This document shows positions 16,960 through 26,136 of a DNA stretch of 64,000 nucleotides, piece by piece; positions within the stretch are counted from its first letter, which is position 1, and every line of letters starts with the position of its first letter. This DNA comes from Candidatus Latescibacterota bacterium. Lineage in GTDB: Bacteria; Latescibacterota; UBA2968; UBA8231. The position numbers and the translations under genes were made by a program. The stretch is from contig CBDCSU010000006.1 in assembly GCA_965221775.1 (NCBI GenBank), positions 224,001-288,000 on the forward strand, given 5' to 3'. A model generated the notes under the pieces. The model saw nothing but the letters and a program-made list of their open reading frames with translations. It ran no database searches and was not told the origin of the DNA.

Positions 16960-18655
16960 CTCGCGCCGAGTGCAGTCGCGGCGCGCCCTCCGGTACGTAT
17001 TCGTGCTGCCCTTGCTCTGCGCGGGATGTGACGGCTCGACGCGAGCGCCGGCCCCGGATGAGTCCGTGGAAACCGTCGGGGATGCGTGGTTCAGGGACGT
17101 TGCCGAGGAGCGGGGCGTGTCATTCACGCATGTGAGCGGCGCCTCCGACGCGATGTACTTCCCCGAGATCATGGGAGGCGGGGCGGCGGTCTTCGATCTC
17201 GAGAACGACGGGGACCTCGACATCTATCTCGTGCAGAGCGGCCGGATCGGCGGCGGCGATCCGGATCAGCCGGGCAATCGGTTGTTTCGGAACGACGCGG
17301 CCGGCGAGTTCGAGGACGTGACCGAAGGCAGCGGCGCCGGCGATGGCGGCTATGGAATGGGGGTGACCACCGGCGACTACGACAACGACGGTCTCACCGA
17401 TCTGTACGTCACGAACGTCGGGCCCAACGCCCTCCTGGGCAATCGCGGCGGCCTCGCCTTCGAGGATGTGAGCCGCCGCGCCAATGTCGCCCACCACGGG
17501 TGGGGGACGAGCTGCGCCTTCGTCGATACCGATCACGACGGCGATCTCGACCTCTACGTCGCCAACTACATCGTCTGGTCGCCCGAGGACGAACTGCAGT
17601 GCAGGGAGAGCGGCCTGCCGGACTACTGCAGTCCGAACAGCTACCAGGCGCCCGCGGCGGATGTGCTCTACGAGAACCAGGGGGACGGGCGATTCCTCGA
17701 CATCTCCGCGAGAGCGGGGATGCGCACCGCTTTCGGGAATGGCCTCGGGGTGGTCTGCGACGACTACGACAACGACGGATCGATCGACATCTTCGTCGCC
17801 AACGATCAGCTGCCCAACCAGCTCTGGCGCAACAACGGCGACGGCACGTTCAGGGACGTGGCCGTGGAATCCGGTGCTGCCATCGACGCCAGCGGGCAGG
17901 CCAAGGCGGGCATGGGCGTCACCGCGGCGGACATCGATGACGACGGCGATTCCGACTTGCTCGTGGTGAATCTCGAGACCCAGTCCGATTCCTTCTACCG
18001 CAACGAAGGTGCGTATTTCCTGGACGACACCCCGCGGGTCGGCCTGGGGTTGATCACACGCAAGGCGACCCGGTTCGGCGTCGGTCTGTACGACTTCGAC
18101 AACGATGGCTGGCTGGATCTCTTCGAAGCGAACGGCCGCGTCACCCGGCCGAAGACGGGGCGAACCGGCCACGCCGATCCCTATGCCGAGGCCGACCTGC
18201 TTCTTGCGGGCGGGCCCTCCGGCCGCTTCGAGCCCTTCGGGCCACCGGGCGGGACGGTGGCGTCCCTCATCGCCACCAGTCGGGCGGCGGCCTTTGGCGA
18301 CCTCGAGAACGACGGCGGAATGGATATCGTCATCGTCAACCGCGATCACCGGCTCTGGGTGCTCCACAACATCGCGCCGCGGCAACACTGGATCATGTTC
18401 CGTGTGGAAGACGCCGATGGAGGGATCGCCCACCATGCCCGGGTGACGGTGTCCCTCGGCGATCGCATGGTGACGCGATCGGTGCGAGTCGCATCCAGTT
18501 ACTGCGCCGCCAACGATCCCCGCGTGCACTTCGGACTGGGCCGTCAGGACGAGGTCCGGCAGGTGCGCGTAACGTGGCAGGACGGCCATCGGGAACTCTT
18601 CGGCCCCTTCCGGGCCGACCAGATCGTCAGCCTGCGTCGAACCGCGCACAGGTGA
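16952..18655 (+). CDS. CRTAC1/ASPIC-UnbV family protein
   Basis: Lipobox-like CAGC, YFPEIMGGGAAVFDLENDGDLDIY, GYGMGVTTGDYDNDG, SSYCAANDPRVHFGLG. Confidence 0.9.
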   Translation: MTDSRRVQSRRALRYVFVLPLLCAGCDGSTRAPAPDESVETVGDAWFRDVAEERGVSFTHVSGASDAMYFPEIMGGGAAVFDLENDGDLDIYLVQSGRIGGGDPDQPGNRLFRNDAAGEFEDVTEGSGAGDGGYGMGVTTGDYDNDGLTDLYVTNVGPNALLGNRGGLAFEDVSRRANVAHHGWGTSCAFVDTDHDGDLDLYVANYIVWSPEDELQCRESGLPDYCSPNSYQAPAADVLYENQGDGRFLDISARAGMRTAFGNGLGVVCDDYDNDGSIDIFVANDQLPNQLWRNNGDGTFRDVAVESGAAIDASGQAKAGMGVTAADIDDDGDSDLLVVNLETQSDSFYRNEGAYFLDDTPRVGLGLITRKATRFGVGLYDFDNDGWLDLFEANGRVTRPKTGRTGHADPYAEADLLLAGGPSGRFEPFGPPGGTVASLIATSRAAAFGDLENDGGMDIVIVNRDHRLWVLHNIAPRQHWIMFRVEDADGGIAHHARVTVSLGDRMVTRSVRVASSYCAANDPRVHFGLGRQDEVRQVRVTWQDGHRELFGPFRADQIVSLRRTAHR

Positions 18656-18711
18656 CTCGTGAGGTCTCGCGGAACGCTGCCCCCCAGCTGCCGCGCCCGC
18701 GCCCGCTCGCG

Positions 18712-19470
18712 CTAACCGAGCCGGGACACCCAGGCGTCGACGACGGCGTCGACCATGGCCTGACCGTGCCCGGCGTTGGCGCTCCAGCTCGTGCGCTCCT
18801 CGCCCTCGACGCCGCAGTACCAGGGGGCGTTGCCGTCGAGGCGGTCCTGCTCGACGAGCTCGGGACGGGTGGCAATGAGGAAGGACGTCTCGTTGTAGCC
18901 GGCGTGGTCGCCGCCGGCCGGGGGCGACGCTTCCGGCAGGATCATCGGTTCCACCTGGACGCTCCCGAAGTCGCCCCACCTGTCGCGCAGCGCCGGGTCC
19001 GCCCACCAGCCACGCGGGTATACCTCGAGCACCCGCTCCCCGGACAGCTCCGAGGCGGCCTTCGAGAACGACTGGGCCAGGGGGCCCCCCATTCCCTGGT
19101 GCATGATGATGACGACGACTCGCTTGAACCCCATCTCGAGGAAGTTCCGCAGCACCGACTTGACGACGCGGTGGAAGCCTTCGTAGTCGGGGTCGATGGT
19201 GCCCTCCGCCGGCCCGCCCAGGGCGTAGCCCGTGGGCCCGTAGTCGAAGGAAGGCGCGATGACAGCGTCGACGCGCTCGGCGATGCGGGCGCAGACCTCC
19301 TCGACGATGATCGTGTCATGGCCGATGGCCATGTGCGGGCCGTGGGTCTCGATACAGCCGGCGGGCACCAGCAGGGGCTGGTCGGCGGCCACGGCCGCTC
19401 TCAACTGGTAAGGACGCATGTGCTTGAGGTACATGGGTGGTCTCCCGGATGGGTTGGTCAGGCGCGCCAC
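18712..19470 (-). CDS. Creatininase / amidohydrolase (PF02633-like) family protein
   Basis: PAGCIETHGPHMAIGHD and GGDHAGYNETS metal motifs. Confidence 0.82.
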   Translation of the reverse strand: MARLTNPSGRPPMYLKHMRPYQLRAAVAADQPLLVPAGCIETHGPHMAIGHDTIIVEEVCARIAERVDAVIAPSFDYGPTGYALGGPAEGTIDPDYEGFHRVVKSVLRNFLEMGFKRVVVIIMHQGMGGPLAQSFSKAASELSGERVLEVYPRGWWADPALRDRWGDFGSVQVEPMILPEASPPAGGDHAGYNETSFLIATRPELVEQDRLDGNAPWYCGVEGEERTSWSANAGHGQAMVDAVVDAWVSRLG

Positions 19471-19540
19471 GGCGGGCCGCCATGGCAGGTGCGAAGGCAG
19501 GTCCCTCTTTGCGGAGCCGGACGGCTGCCGGCGGCTGCCC

Positions 19541-21673
19541 TCATACCCAGGCGAAGACCCAGTTGTTGGTCTTGCCGGTGAAGTAGTCGATGATCAGCCA
19601 GAGACCCATGGTCAGCATCTGGCCGGCGATCATCCCCAGGAACACCCCCTGGGTGCGGCGGTAGAGGTTGACGCCTCCGTAACGGAGAACGATGACCTTG
19701 ATGAGCCAGGCGATGAAGACGCTGGTGATGGTGTAGTACATGAGGTCCACGGCGGCGATGGGGAAGCCGATCGGGTGCAGGGGCCACCACGGCAGGCGCT
19801 GGCGGGCCAGGTACAGCAGGGCCATGATGCCGCCGCCGCCGAAGAGGAAGCCCATGCCCGGCCAGTAGACGCCGGCGGGCTCGAGGTTGCGCACGGCGCT
19901 GTCGTAGGCCTTGGCCGGTCCCAGGTTGAAGAACCAGATGTCGAGGTTGACCCCGCCGTAGCGGTAGGCGACGTGGAAGATCATCCAGAACGAGCCCAGC
20001 GTCCCGATCAGGAGGGCCAGGATGAGAGCCAGGAAGACCAGCCGCCGGCTGCGCGCGTCCATGTCCTCGATCAGCTTGAGGGCGTTGGTGCAGGTCGCCA
20101 TGGCGAAGCAGCGGACCGCCTGGTTGGCCCAGATGTAGGCCATGGACAGGTTGAAGACGCCGGTGGGGCCGACGAGAGAGGATCCGAGACCGAGGATGAC
20201 GAAGTCGGGGGCGTTGACGGGCGTCCGCAGGGTCGCCAGCCCGGCTTCGGCGATGATCCGCGTGATGCCGATGAAGATCGCCATGGCCAGGACGATGAAG
20301 AGCAAGGAGACCCACAGCGGCGTACCCATGATCCACAGCCACGCGGTCATGACCGCGATCCCCCCGAGGGCGCCGATGACGGCGCCGCGGTAGGAGAGGA
20401 TCTCGTCCCGGTCGTCGACGCCGGGCGCCCGGCCCAGGGCCTTGAGCCAGACCGCCTTCAGGTGCTCGCGGGCGGTCCACAGCACCACCGCCACCAGCAC
20501 CAGCAGGGCCCCCAGCCCCTCGTAGCCGACCAGGGGGGCGTCGTGCACGCCCGAGATCACCTGCTCCGACTTGATCCCGGCAGTGGCCAGCAGGCTCTTC
20601 TGGACCCGGCCGAGGAGGTAGAACACCCACAGGCTGCCGGATATCCTCGTGTCGATGAGGTAGGCGAAGCCGGTGAGGGCGAAGTCGACCTTGCCGGAGG
20701 CGTAGGGCATGGGCAGGCGCAGCAACACCATCGGTATGGAGGAGTCGTAGTTCGACATCGCCCTGAAGCTGCCGGCGAACAAGGGGACGGCCATGCCGAT
20801 CCACACCGACCGGCGCTTGAAGAAGCCGTTCACCAGGCCCTGCTCGTCCTCGCCGCGGATCATGGCCAGACCGGCCTGGGCGACCGGGTAGCTCAGGCGT
20901 TCCCGCTCCATCCACTGGCGCCGCAGGATCACGGCGATGGAGATCATGCAGACGTACAGGGCCAGCAGGAAGACCGCCCACCACATGAGCGGCTCGACCC
21001 AGGCGCCGTAGGGGATGCTCTGGCCGGGCCGGGAGATGCCCTCGTAGAACAGGGCGTTCCCGGCGCCGTCGTCGACCAGGATCCTGTGCTCGGGGAAGTG
21101 GGGGAAGAGCTTCTCCCGCCACTGGTTCTCCGGCGAGGCGTAGTAGAAGACGGCGGTGAGAGAGGGCAGGATCAGCTCGGTGAGGCCCATGGTGCACACC
21201 GCCGAGACCATGGCCAGCATGGCATAGACCATGATCAGGTCGGCCCGGTTGAGGGCCAGGCTGCGGCCGCACCACGCCAGCGGCACGCTGGCGATGGCGC
21301 AGATCAGCGCGAAGGTGGAGAAGATCAGTCCGGGCGAATGCACGTCGACGCCGCTCAGGGGCCAGCAGGCCCAGAGCCAGGCGGCCCCCAGGGCGGCGGC
21401 GAAGGAGAGGGCCGACGCCTTGCTGCGCGCCGCCAGCTTGAAGGCGAGGTTGAGGAACCCGATGAGGACGACGAAGACGAAGATCGCCCCCGGGGTGCTG
21501 ATGTCGGCGGCCACGTAGGCGCCCTTGATGACCATGTTGCTGTAGGGGGCGCCGATGGCGAGGAAGAAGCTGAGGAAGCTCCCCACGAAGAACCCCCGCC
21601 ACGTCAGGCGGTGGCGCGACTCGAGGAGGGGCTCGGAGCGCGACCGCAGGTGCCGGCGGTAGACCCGGGGCAT
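19541..21673 (-). CDS. Polytopic membrane protein, DUF6785/DUF6784-like (OPT-related), copy B
   Basis: C-terminal ~710 aa of ORF 19541..26167, aligning end to end with 5458-7602. Start ATG 21673 (or GTG 21682). Confidence 0.78.
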   Translation of the reverse strand: MPRVYRRHLRSRSEPLLESRHRLTWRGFFVGSFLSFFLAIGAPYSNMVIKGAYVAADISTPGAIFVFVVLIGFLNLAFKLAARSKASALSFAAALGAAWLWACWPLSGVDVHSPGLIFSTFALICAIASVPLAWCGRSLALNRADLIMVYAMLAMVSAVCTMGLTELILPSLTAVFYYASPENQWREKLFPHFPEHRILVDDGAGNALFYEGISRPGQSIPYGAWVEPLMWWAVFLLALYVCMISIAVILRRQWMERERLSYPVAQAGLAMIRGEDEQGLVNGFFKRRSVWIGMAVPLFAGSFRAMSNYDSSIPMVLLRLPMPYASGKVDFALTGFAYLIDTRISGSLWVFYLLGRVQKSLLATAGIKSEQVISGVHDAPLVGYEGLGALLVLVAVVLWTAREHLKAVWLKALGRAPGVDDRDEILSYRGAVIGALGGIAVMTAWLWIMGTPLWVSLLFIVLAMAIFIGITRIIAEAGLATLRTPVNAPDFVILGLGSSLVGPTGVFNLSMAYIWANQAVRCFAMATCTNALKLIEDMDARSRRLVFLALILALLIGTLGSFWMIFHVAYRYGGVNLDIWFFNLGPAKAYDSAVRNLEPAGVYWPGMGFLFGGGGIMALLYLARQRLPWWPLHPIGFPIAAVDLMYYTITSVFIAWLIKVIVLRYGGVNLYRRTQGVFLGMIAGQMLTMGLWLIIDYFTGKTNNWVFAWV

Positions 21674-21744
21674 CGCCTTCACGCGAGGCACCTCGGCAGG
21701 TGGGGGGCGGAGTCGGCCGCGCCGGCCATGGCCACCAAGGGACG

Positions 21745-24700
21745 TCAACCTTCCCCGGCGGCGGCCGCGGCAGCGCTCTCCGCCAGCATCCCCTCGGCCG
21801 CCTTCCGGTGATGGGCCCTGGCCTCCTCGGTGAACGTGTGCCACAGCAGGAACTGCTTCCGCAGGGTGTTCATGAAGCCCTGGTTGAGCCGCCGCCACGA
21901 CGCCGTCTCGCCGCTGACCCGCTCGATGAAGACCTCCACCTGGTAGATGGCGGCCGCCGGGGAGGGCACGAAGTCGAGCTGCAGGTACTGGCTCACCCCC
22001 TTGTCGAAGGGGGCCAGCCAGGTCAGCATCTGCAGGGAGTACTCGCGAGCGCCGGCCTCCCCCCCGGTGACGAGGCGCACCTTCTCGGCGCAGAAGTCGC
22101 CGATGGAATCCTCGTTGGAAGACTCGAACCAGCCGGCCAGGAACCCGCTCAGCCCCCGGACCTCGCCGGTGCCCACGGCAAAGGGGAAGTCGAACTCCCA
22201 GCGGTCGCCCTCCGGCGCCGGCGGCACCCAGCGCCGCACCGTGTCCGGCACCGCCCTGGCGGCGGCGACTCGCGCCGGGTAGAGGGTCGACAGCAGGACC
22301 AGGGCCATGACCATGAGGGCCGCGGTGACCGCCGCCGTGGAGGAGTAGTTCAGGTCCATGCCCTGCACCAGCCCGAGGCCCAGCAGCAGCTTGGCCGACC
22401 CCTGGCCCAGGAGGTATCCGAGGGTGACGCCGAGAACGGCGTAGACACAGGCCTCGGCCACGAAGAGCAGGGCGATGTGCATCGGCGCCAGCCCCACGGA
22501 GGAGTAGACGCCGATCTCCCGGAGACGCTCGTACACGGCGCCCAGCATGGTGTTGAGGACGATGAGGGCGGCGATGACGATGGGCACGAGCAGCGCCGCG
22601 AGTCCTTCCACCGCCGTCAGGCCCACGGAGGTGTAGGAGGAGACCTCCAGCTCGCCCGTCCCGGGGTCGCGGAGGCTGGCGAAGAGGGTGGCCGCCACGC
22701 GCGTCAGGAAGCCCTCGAGCAGGGGCCGGCCGTCGGCAGTCTCGTCGAAGCGGACGCCGACGGAGCGCAGGGTGCCGCCGGCGACCCACACGGCGCCGTA
22801 GGGCACGATCAGGACGTTGTCGGCCGCCATGTGGAGGAAGGGCTCGATCCGGTCCGGACCCGCTTCCTCCTCGATCTCCATGGAGACCCTTTCCCGGCCC
22901 CCGGGCAGCCCCACCTCGCCGCTCTGGAAGTCGGCCGGCGTGAGCGGCTCGGCGTCGAGATCGCGGATCGCGGCCAGCCGGCCGGCGTCGACGATGCCGC
23001 CGACCACGAGGTCCCGGCCGAAGACGCGAACCGCGGCCCGGCCCACGTCGTCCACGCCGATGCCGAGGGCCGCGGCCATCCTCTCGGGAAGGAGGCACGT
23101 GCTCTCGTCGACCGTCTCGAAGAACCGGCCGGCCACCAGGGCTTCGTCGATGCCGGTGACCCGCGTCTCCTGCGGCGACAGTCCGAGCAGGCCGGCGGCG
23201 AGCGTCGCGCCCGCCGGCCCCTGGACCTCGATGTAGCTCTTCGGCTTGCCCGCCTCGGCCACCAGCCAGTTGCGCGGACTCACCACGCCATGGCCGGAGA
23301 AGTGGGAGCGGACGTAGTCCAGGGTCGGGGGCGACAGCTCCTTCCAGCCGGGGTGGCGGATCAGGACGCCCTCGTAGCGGGCCTCGTGGGCGGTGGGGAA
23401 GGCGAGGAAGGCGAGCTGTTGCCGGAAGGAGGTGAAGGAGAGGACGGTGAAGGTGAGCAGGGTCAGCGTCACCAGGGTCAGAGTCGTGCGCAGCTTGCGG
23501 CGCCGCATGTTGGAGATGCCCAGCATGAAGGCGGCGTAGGAGGCGCTGAGGCGGTTGATGTCGGCGCGGCGCACCTGGGAGGCGCGGGCCTGGAACTCCT
23601 CCACGTAGTGGTTGAAGCGCGAGAAGATCATGGCGCAGACGAAGACGGCCATGGCCATGATGGCGAAGGCCAGGAGGATGATCGCCGGGTGGGCGATGTC
23701 GAAGGCCGGATGCACCTGGGAGATGGCGGCCCAGACGATCGCCATGATCAGGGCGAAACCGGACAGCTGCCAGCGGATGTCGGCGGCGGCGAAGATCAGG
23801 CGCTCGCCGAAGAAGGCGGCCGGCAGCACCAGGGCGAGGAAGAACACGAGCCCCTTGATGACGTCGTTCAGGGTCGCCGTCACGTCCGGGTAGGCCCGCG
23901 AGGTGACTCCCCGGGCGGCCCGCACCCCGGCCATGAAGGCGTCCCACTCCCGCCTCTCGGCCGCGGCCCCGGCCTGGTCGATCAGCTCGCGGCCGTGGGC
24001 GTGCAGCGCCGCCAGCCGCGGATTCTCGATGGCGTGGTCGCGCATCGCCGCCAGGCGCTCGTCGTTGATCCGCCACATGTCCCGCACCGCCAGGTAGTCG
24101 GTGCGCTCCAGGGGATCCCGGCCGACCACGTACCCGGTGCCGCGCGGGTCGGTGCGGCTGTTGGTGAGGATCATGCTGTCCGACATGAGGTACACGAGGC
24201 TGTCGCCGGCGGCGGCGAAGGCCACCGCCACCGGCTCCAGGACGCCCTCGCCCTTCGCCACGCCGTACTCCTTGGGCGCCACGCCCGTGTGGGTCGCGAC
24301 CCGGATCGGCCCGACGGCCGTGAGGGACCGGGGGTCGACGAGGCCGTAGAAGGGCCGCGGCACGCAGGGGAAGACGACGAGGGTCTTGTGCTCGCCGGCG
24401 AAGCGGATGGCCTGGGCCAGCCTCTGGCCGTGGTGTCTCCGGGCGCGCTCGCCGCTGTCGGGGGCGTAGACGATGCCGCCGGTCTCGGGGTCGAGGACGT
24501 AGGCGCTCACCGGCACGGCCCCGAGGGGCAGGCCGGGGATCACGGCGCTGCCGTTGCCGTCGGCCAGGTGGAAGCGGAAGGCGCGCACGCCCTTGTGGGG
24601 CTTGAAGCCCAGCTCGGCCCGCCGCCCGGCGCCGGCCCCCAGGGCGACGATGGCCCCCTCGACGACCCGGTCGGGGACCTGGCTGCGGCGCGGGAAGGCG

Positions 24701-26136
24701 CGCACGTCGACCCGGAAGGTGCGCAGCTCGTCCTCGAGGACCGGGCCGAACTCCTCCAGGTCGGCCAGCAGCCGGGGATCGTCGAAGGCCCGGGTCAGGA
24801 TCTGGTTGAGGAAGGCGCTCTGCCGGGACAGGTTGTCGAAGTCGACCCGCTGCGGCCGGTCCAGGGGCGTGTCGACGACGAAGCGGCCGTCGCCGATGGT
24901 GACGAAGGAGAGGGCCACGAGCCCCGCGGCCATGGCCACCTGGCCGTCCACGGTGACTCCCCCCGGCACGTAGGTCGACCAGTCGAGGCCCTTGTGGGGA
25001 CTGATGCCGTTGACCAGGGCGCGCTCCGCCCGGCGCCCCAGTCGCGGCGCCGCCTCCTCGGCGTAGGCGGTGAAGGCGCGGCCGAAGGGAACGTAGAACC
25101 GCTTGATGTCGTAGCGGTCGGTGTTGTTCCAGAGGCCGATGCGGTCGCTGCCGCTGGTCAGGTCCAGGCCGATGAAGAGATCCGGATTCAGGGGCTTCTC
25201 CATGAGCCCGGCGTAGTCCGGGTGGGTGCGGGCATGGCGGTCGAGGAAGTCGACGATCCCCCGCTGGGCCAGGAAGTGGGCGCCGGCGGCCACCAGGACG
25301 ACGGTCCGCGCCGGCGGGCGGCGCTGGAGATGCCGGGCCAGCTCCAGCAGCGCGGCGATGCCGCCGGCGGTCTCGGCCGAGGGCGCCAGGGCCGGCACGA
25401 TGGAGATGCCGTCGTAGTAGGCCTGGACGACGATCGTCTCCCCGCCGAGCTCGGGGTGGTGACCGGGGATCACGCCCCAGACGTTGCGGCCCTTGCGCGA
25501 GACCCAGTCCATGCGGCTCCCCAGGCGCGCGTCGAGGGGTCCGTCCTCGGCCAGCGCCCTCAGGCGGGCGCCGGCGGCGGCGCCGATCCAGAGCCTGGGT
25601 ATGTCGAGGGGGACGGAGACGAACTTGGCGCCCGCCTCGCGCCCGGAGGTGGCCTGCGGCTCGATGAAGACAATGGCGCGGGCGCCGAGGGAGGCGGCCT
25701 CCAGCCAGCGGTGGCCCGTGTTGAACTCGAGGAGGACGATGCTGCCGGCCAGGTCGAGGCCGGCGTACTCGGACAGGTGCCCTGCCCCGCCGTAGATCAG
25801 GTGCCCGGAGAGCCCGGCCGCCGGCACCGTGGGGGTCCGCACGTGGTTGGGCCACAGGCCGTGGAGGCGGAAGCGCTCGCCCGTGGCGGTGAGGGTGAGG
25901 TCGCCGCCGCGGTCGAGGGGCACGGTGACCGGGTACTCCTCGACGGTGACCTCGCGGACGCCGGCGGCGGCCAAGGCGTCGGCCACGTAGTCGGCGGCCC
26001 GGTCGCTGCCCGGGTAGCCGCTGACCCGGGAGCCGACGGAGGCCATGAACTCCACGGTGGCGCGGATGCCGTCCGCCTCCGCCCGGGCGGCGGCGCACAG
26101 CGCCGGCAGCGTCAGCCAGAGGATCAGCCGTCGCAT
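21745..26136 (-). CDS. 1463-aa fusion: signal peptide + PA domain + degenerate M28 peptidase fold + TM bundle + FtsX/MacB-like permease
   Basis: GSRVSGYPG, LIYGGAG...AGSIVLLEF (PA), NVWGVIPG...IVVQAYYD...AALLELAR (M28 fold), RRKLRTTLTL and VYERLREIGVYSSVGL...LYPARVAA (FtsX). Confidence 0.8.
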   Translation of the reverse strand: MRRLILWLTLPALCAAARAEADGIRATVEFMASVGSRVSGYPGSDRAADYVADALAAAGVREVTVEEYPVTVPLDRGGDLTLTATGERFRLHGLWPNHVRTPTVPAAGLSGHLIYGGAGHLSEYAGLDLAGSIVLLEFNTGHRWLEAASLGARAIVFIEPQATSGREAGAKFVSVPLDIPRLWIGAAAGARLRALAEDGPLDARLGSRMDWVSRKGRNVWGVIPGHHPELGGETIVVQAYYDGISIVPALAPSAETAGGIAALLELARHLQRRPPARTVVLVAAGAHFLAQRGIVDFLDRHARTHPDYAGLMEKPLNPDLFIGLDLTSGSDRIGLWNNTDRYDIKRFYVPFGRAFTAYAEEAAPRLGRRAERALVNGISPHKGLDWSTYVPGGVTVDGQVAMAAGLVALSFVTIGDGRFVVDTPLDRPQRVDFDNLSRQSAFLNQILTRAFDDPRLLADLEEFGPVLEDELRTFRVDVRAFPRRSQVPDRVVEGAIVALGAGAGRRAELGFKPHKGVRAFRFHLADGNGSAVIPGLPLGAVPVSAYVLDPETGGIVYAPDSGERARRHHGQRLAQAIRFAGEHKTLVVFPCVPRPFYGLVDPRSLTAVGPIRVATHTGVAPKEYGVAKGEGVLEPVAVAFAAAGDSLVYLMSDSMILTNSRTDPRGTGYVVGRDPLERTDYLAVRDMWRINDERLAAMRDHAIENPRLAALHAHGRELIDQAGAAAERREWDAFMAGVRAARGVTSRAYPDVTATLNDVIKGLVFFLALVLPAAFFGERLIFAAADIRWQLSGFALIMAIVWAAISQVHPAFDIAHPAIILLAFAIMAMAVFVCAMIFSRFNHYVEEFQARASQVRRADINRLSASYAAFMLGISNMRRRKLRTTLTLVTLTLLTFTVLSFTSFRQQLAFLAFPTAHEARYEGVLIRHPGWKELSPPTLDYVRSHFSGHGVVSPRNWLVAEAGKPKSYIEVQGPAGATLAAGLLGLSPQETRVTGIDEALVAGRFFETVDESTCLLPERMAAALGIGVDDVGRAAVRVFGRDLVVGGIVDAGRLAAIRDLDAEPLTPADFQSGEVGLPGGRERVSMEIEEEAGPDRIEPFLHMAADNVLIVPYGAVWVAGGTLRSVGVRFDETADGRPLLEGFLTRVAATLFASLRDPGTGELEVSSYTSVGLTAVEGLAALLVPIVIAALIVLNTMLGAVYERLREIGVYSSVGLAPMHIALLFVAEACVYAVLGVTLGYLLGQGSAKLLLGLGLVQGMDLNYSSTAAVTAALMVMALVLLSTLYPARVAAARAVPDTVRRWVPPAPEGDRWEFDFPFAVGTGEVRGLSGFLAGWFESSNEDSIGDFCAEKVRLVTGGEAGAREYSLQMLTWLAPFDKGVSQYLQLDFVPSPAAAIYQVEVFIERVSGETASWRRLNQGFMNTLRKQFLLWHTFTEEARAHHRKAAEGMLAESAAAAAAGEG

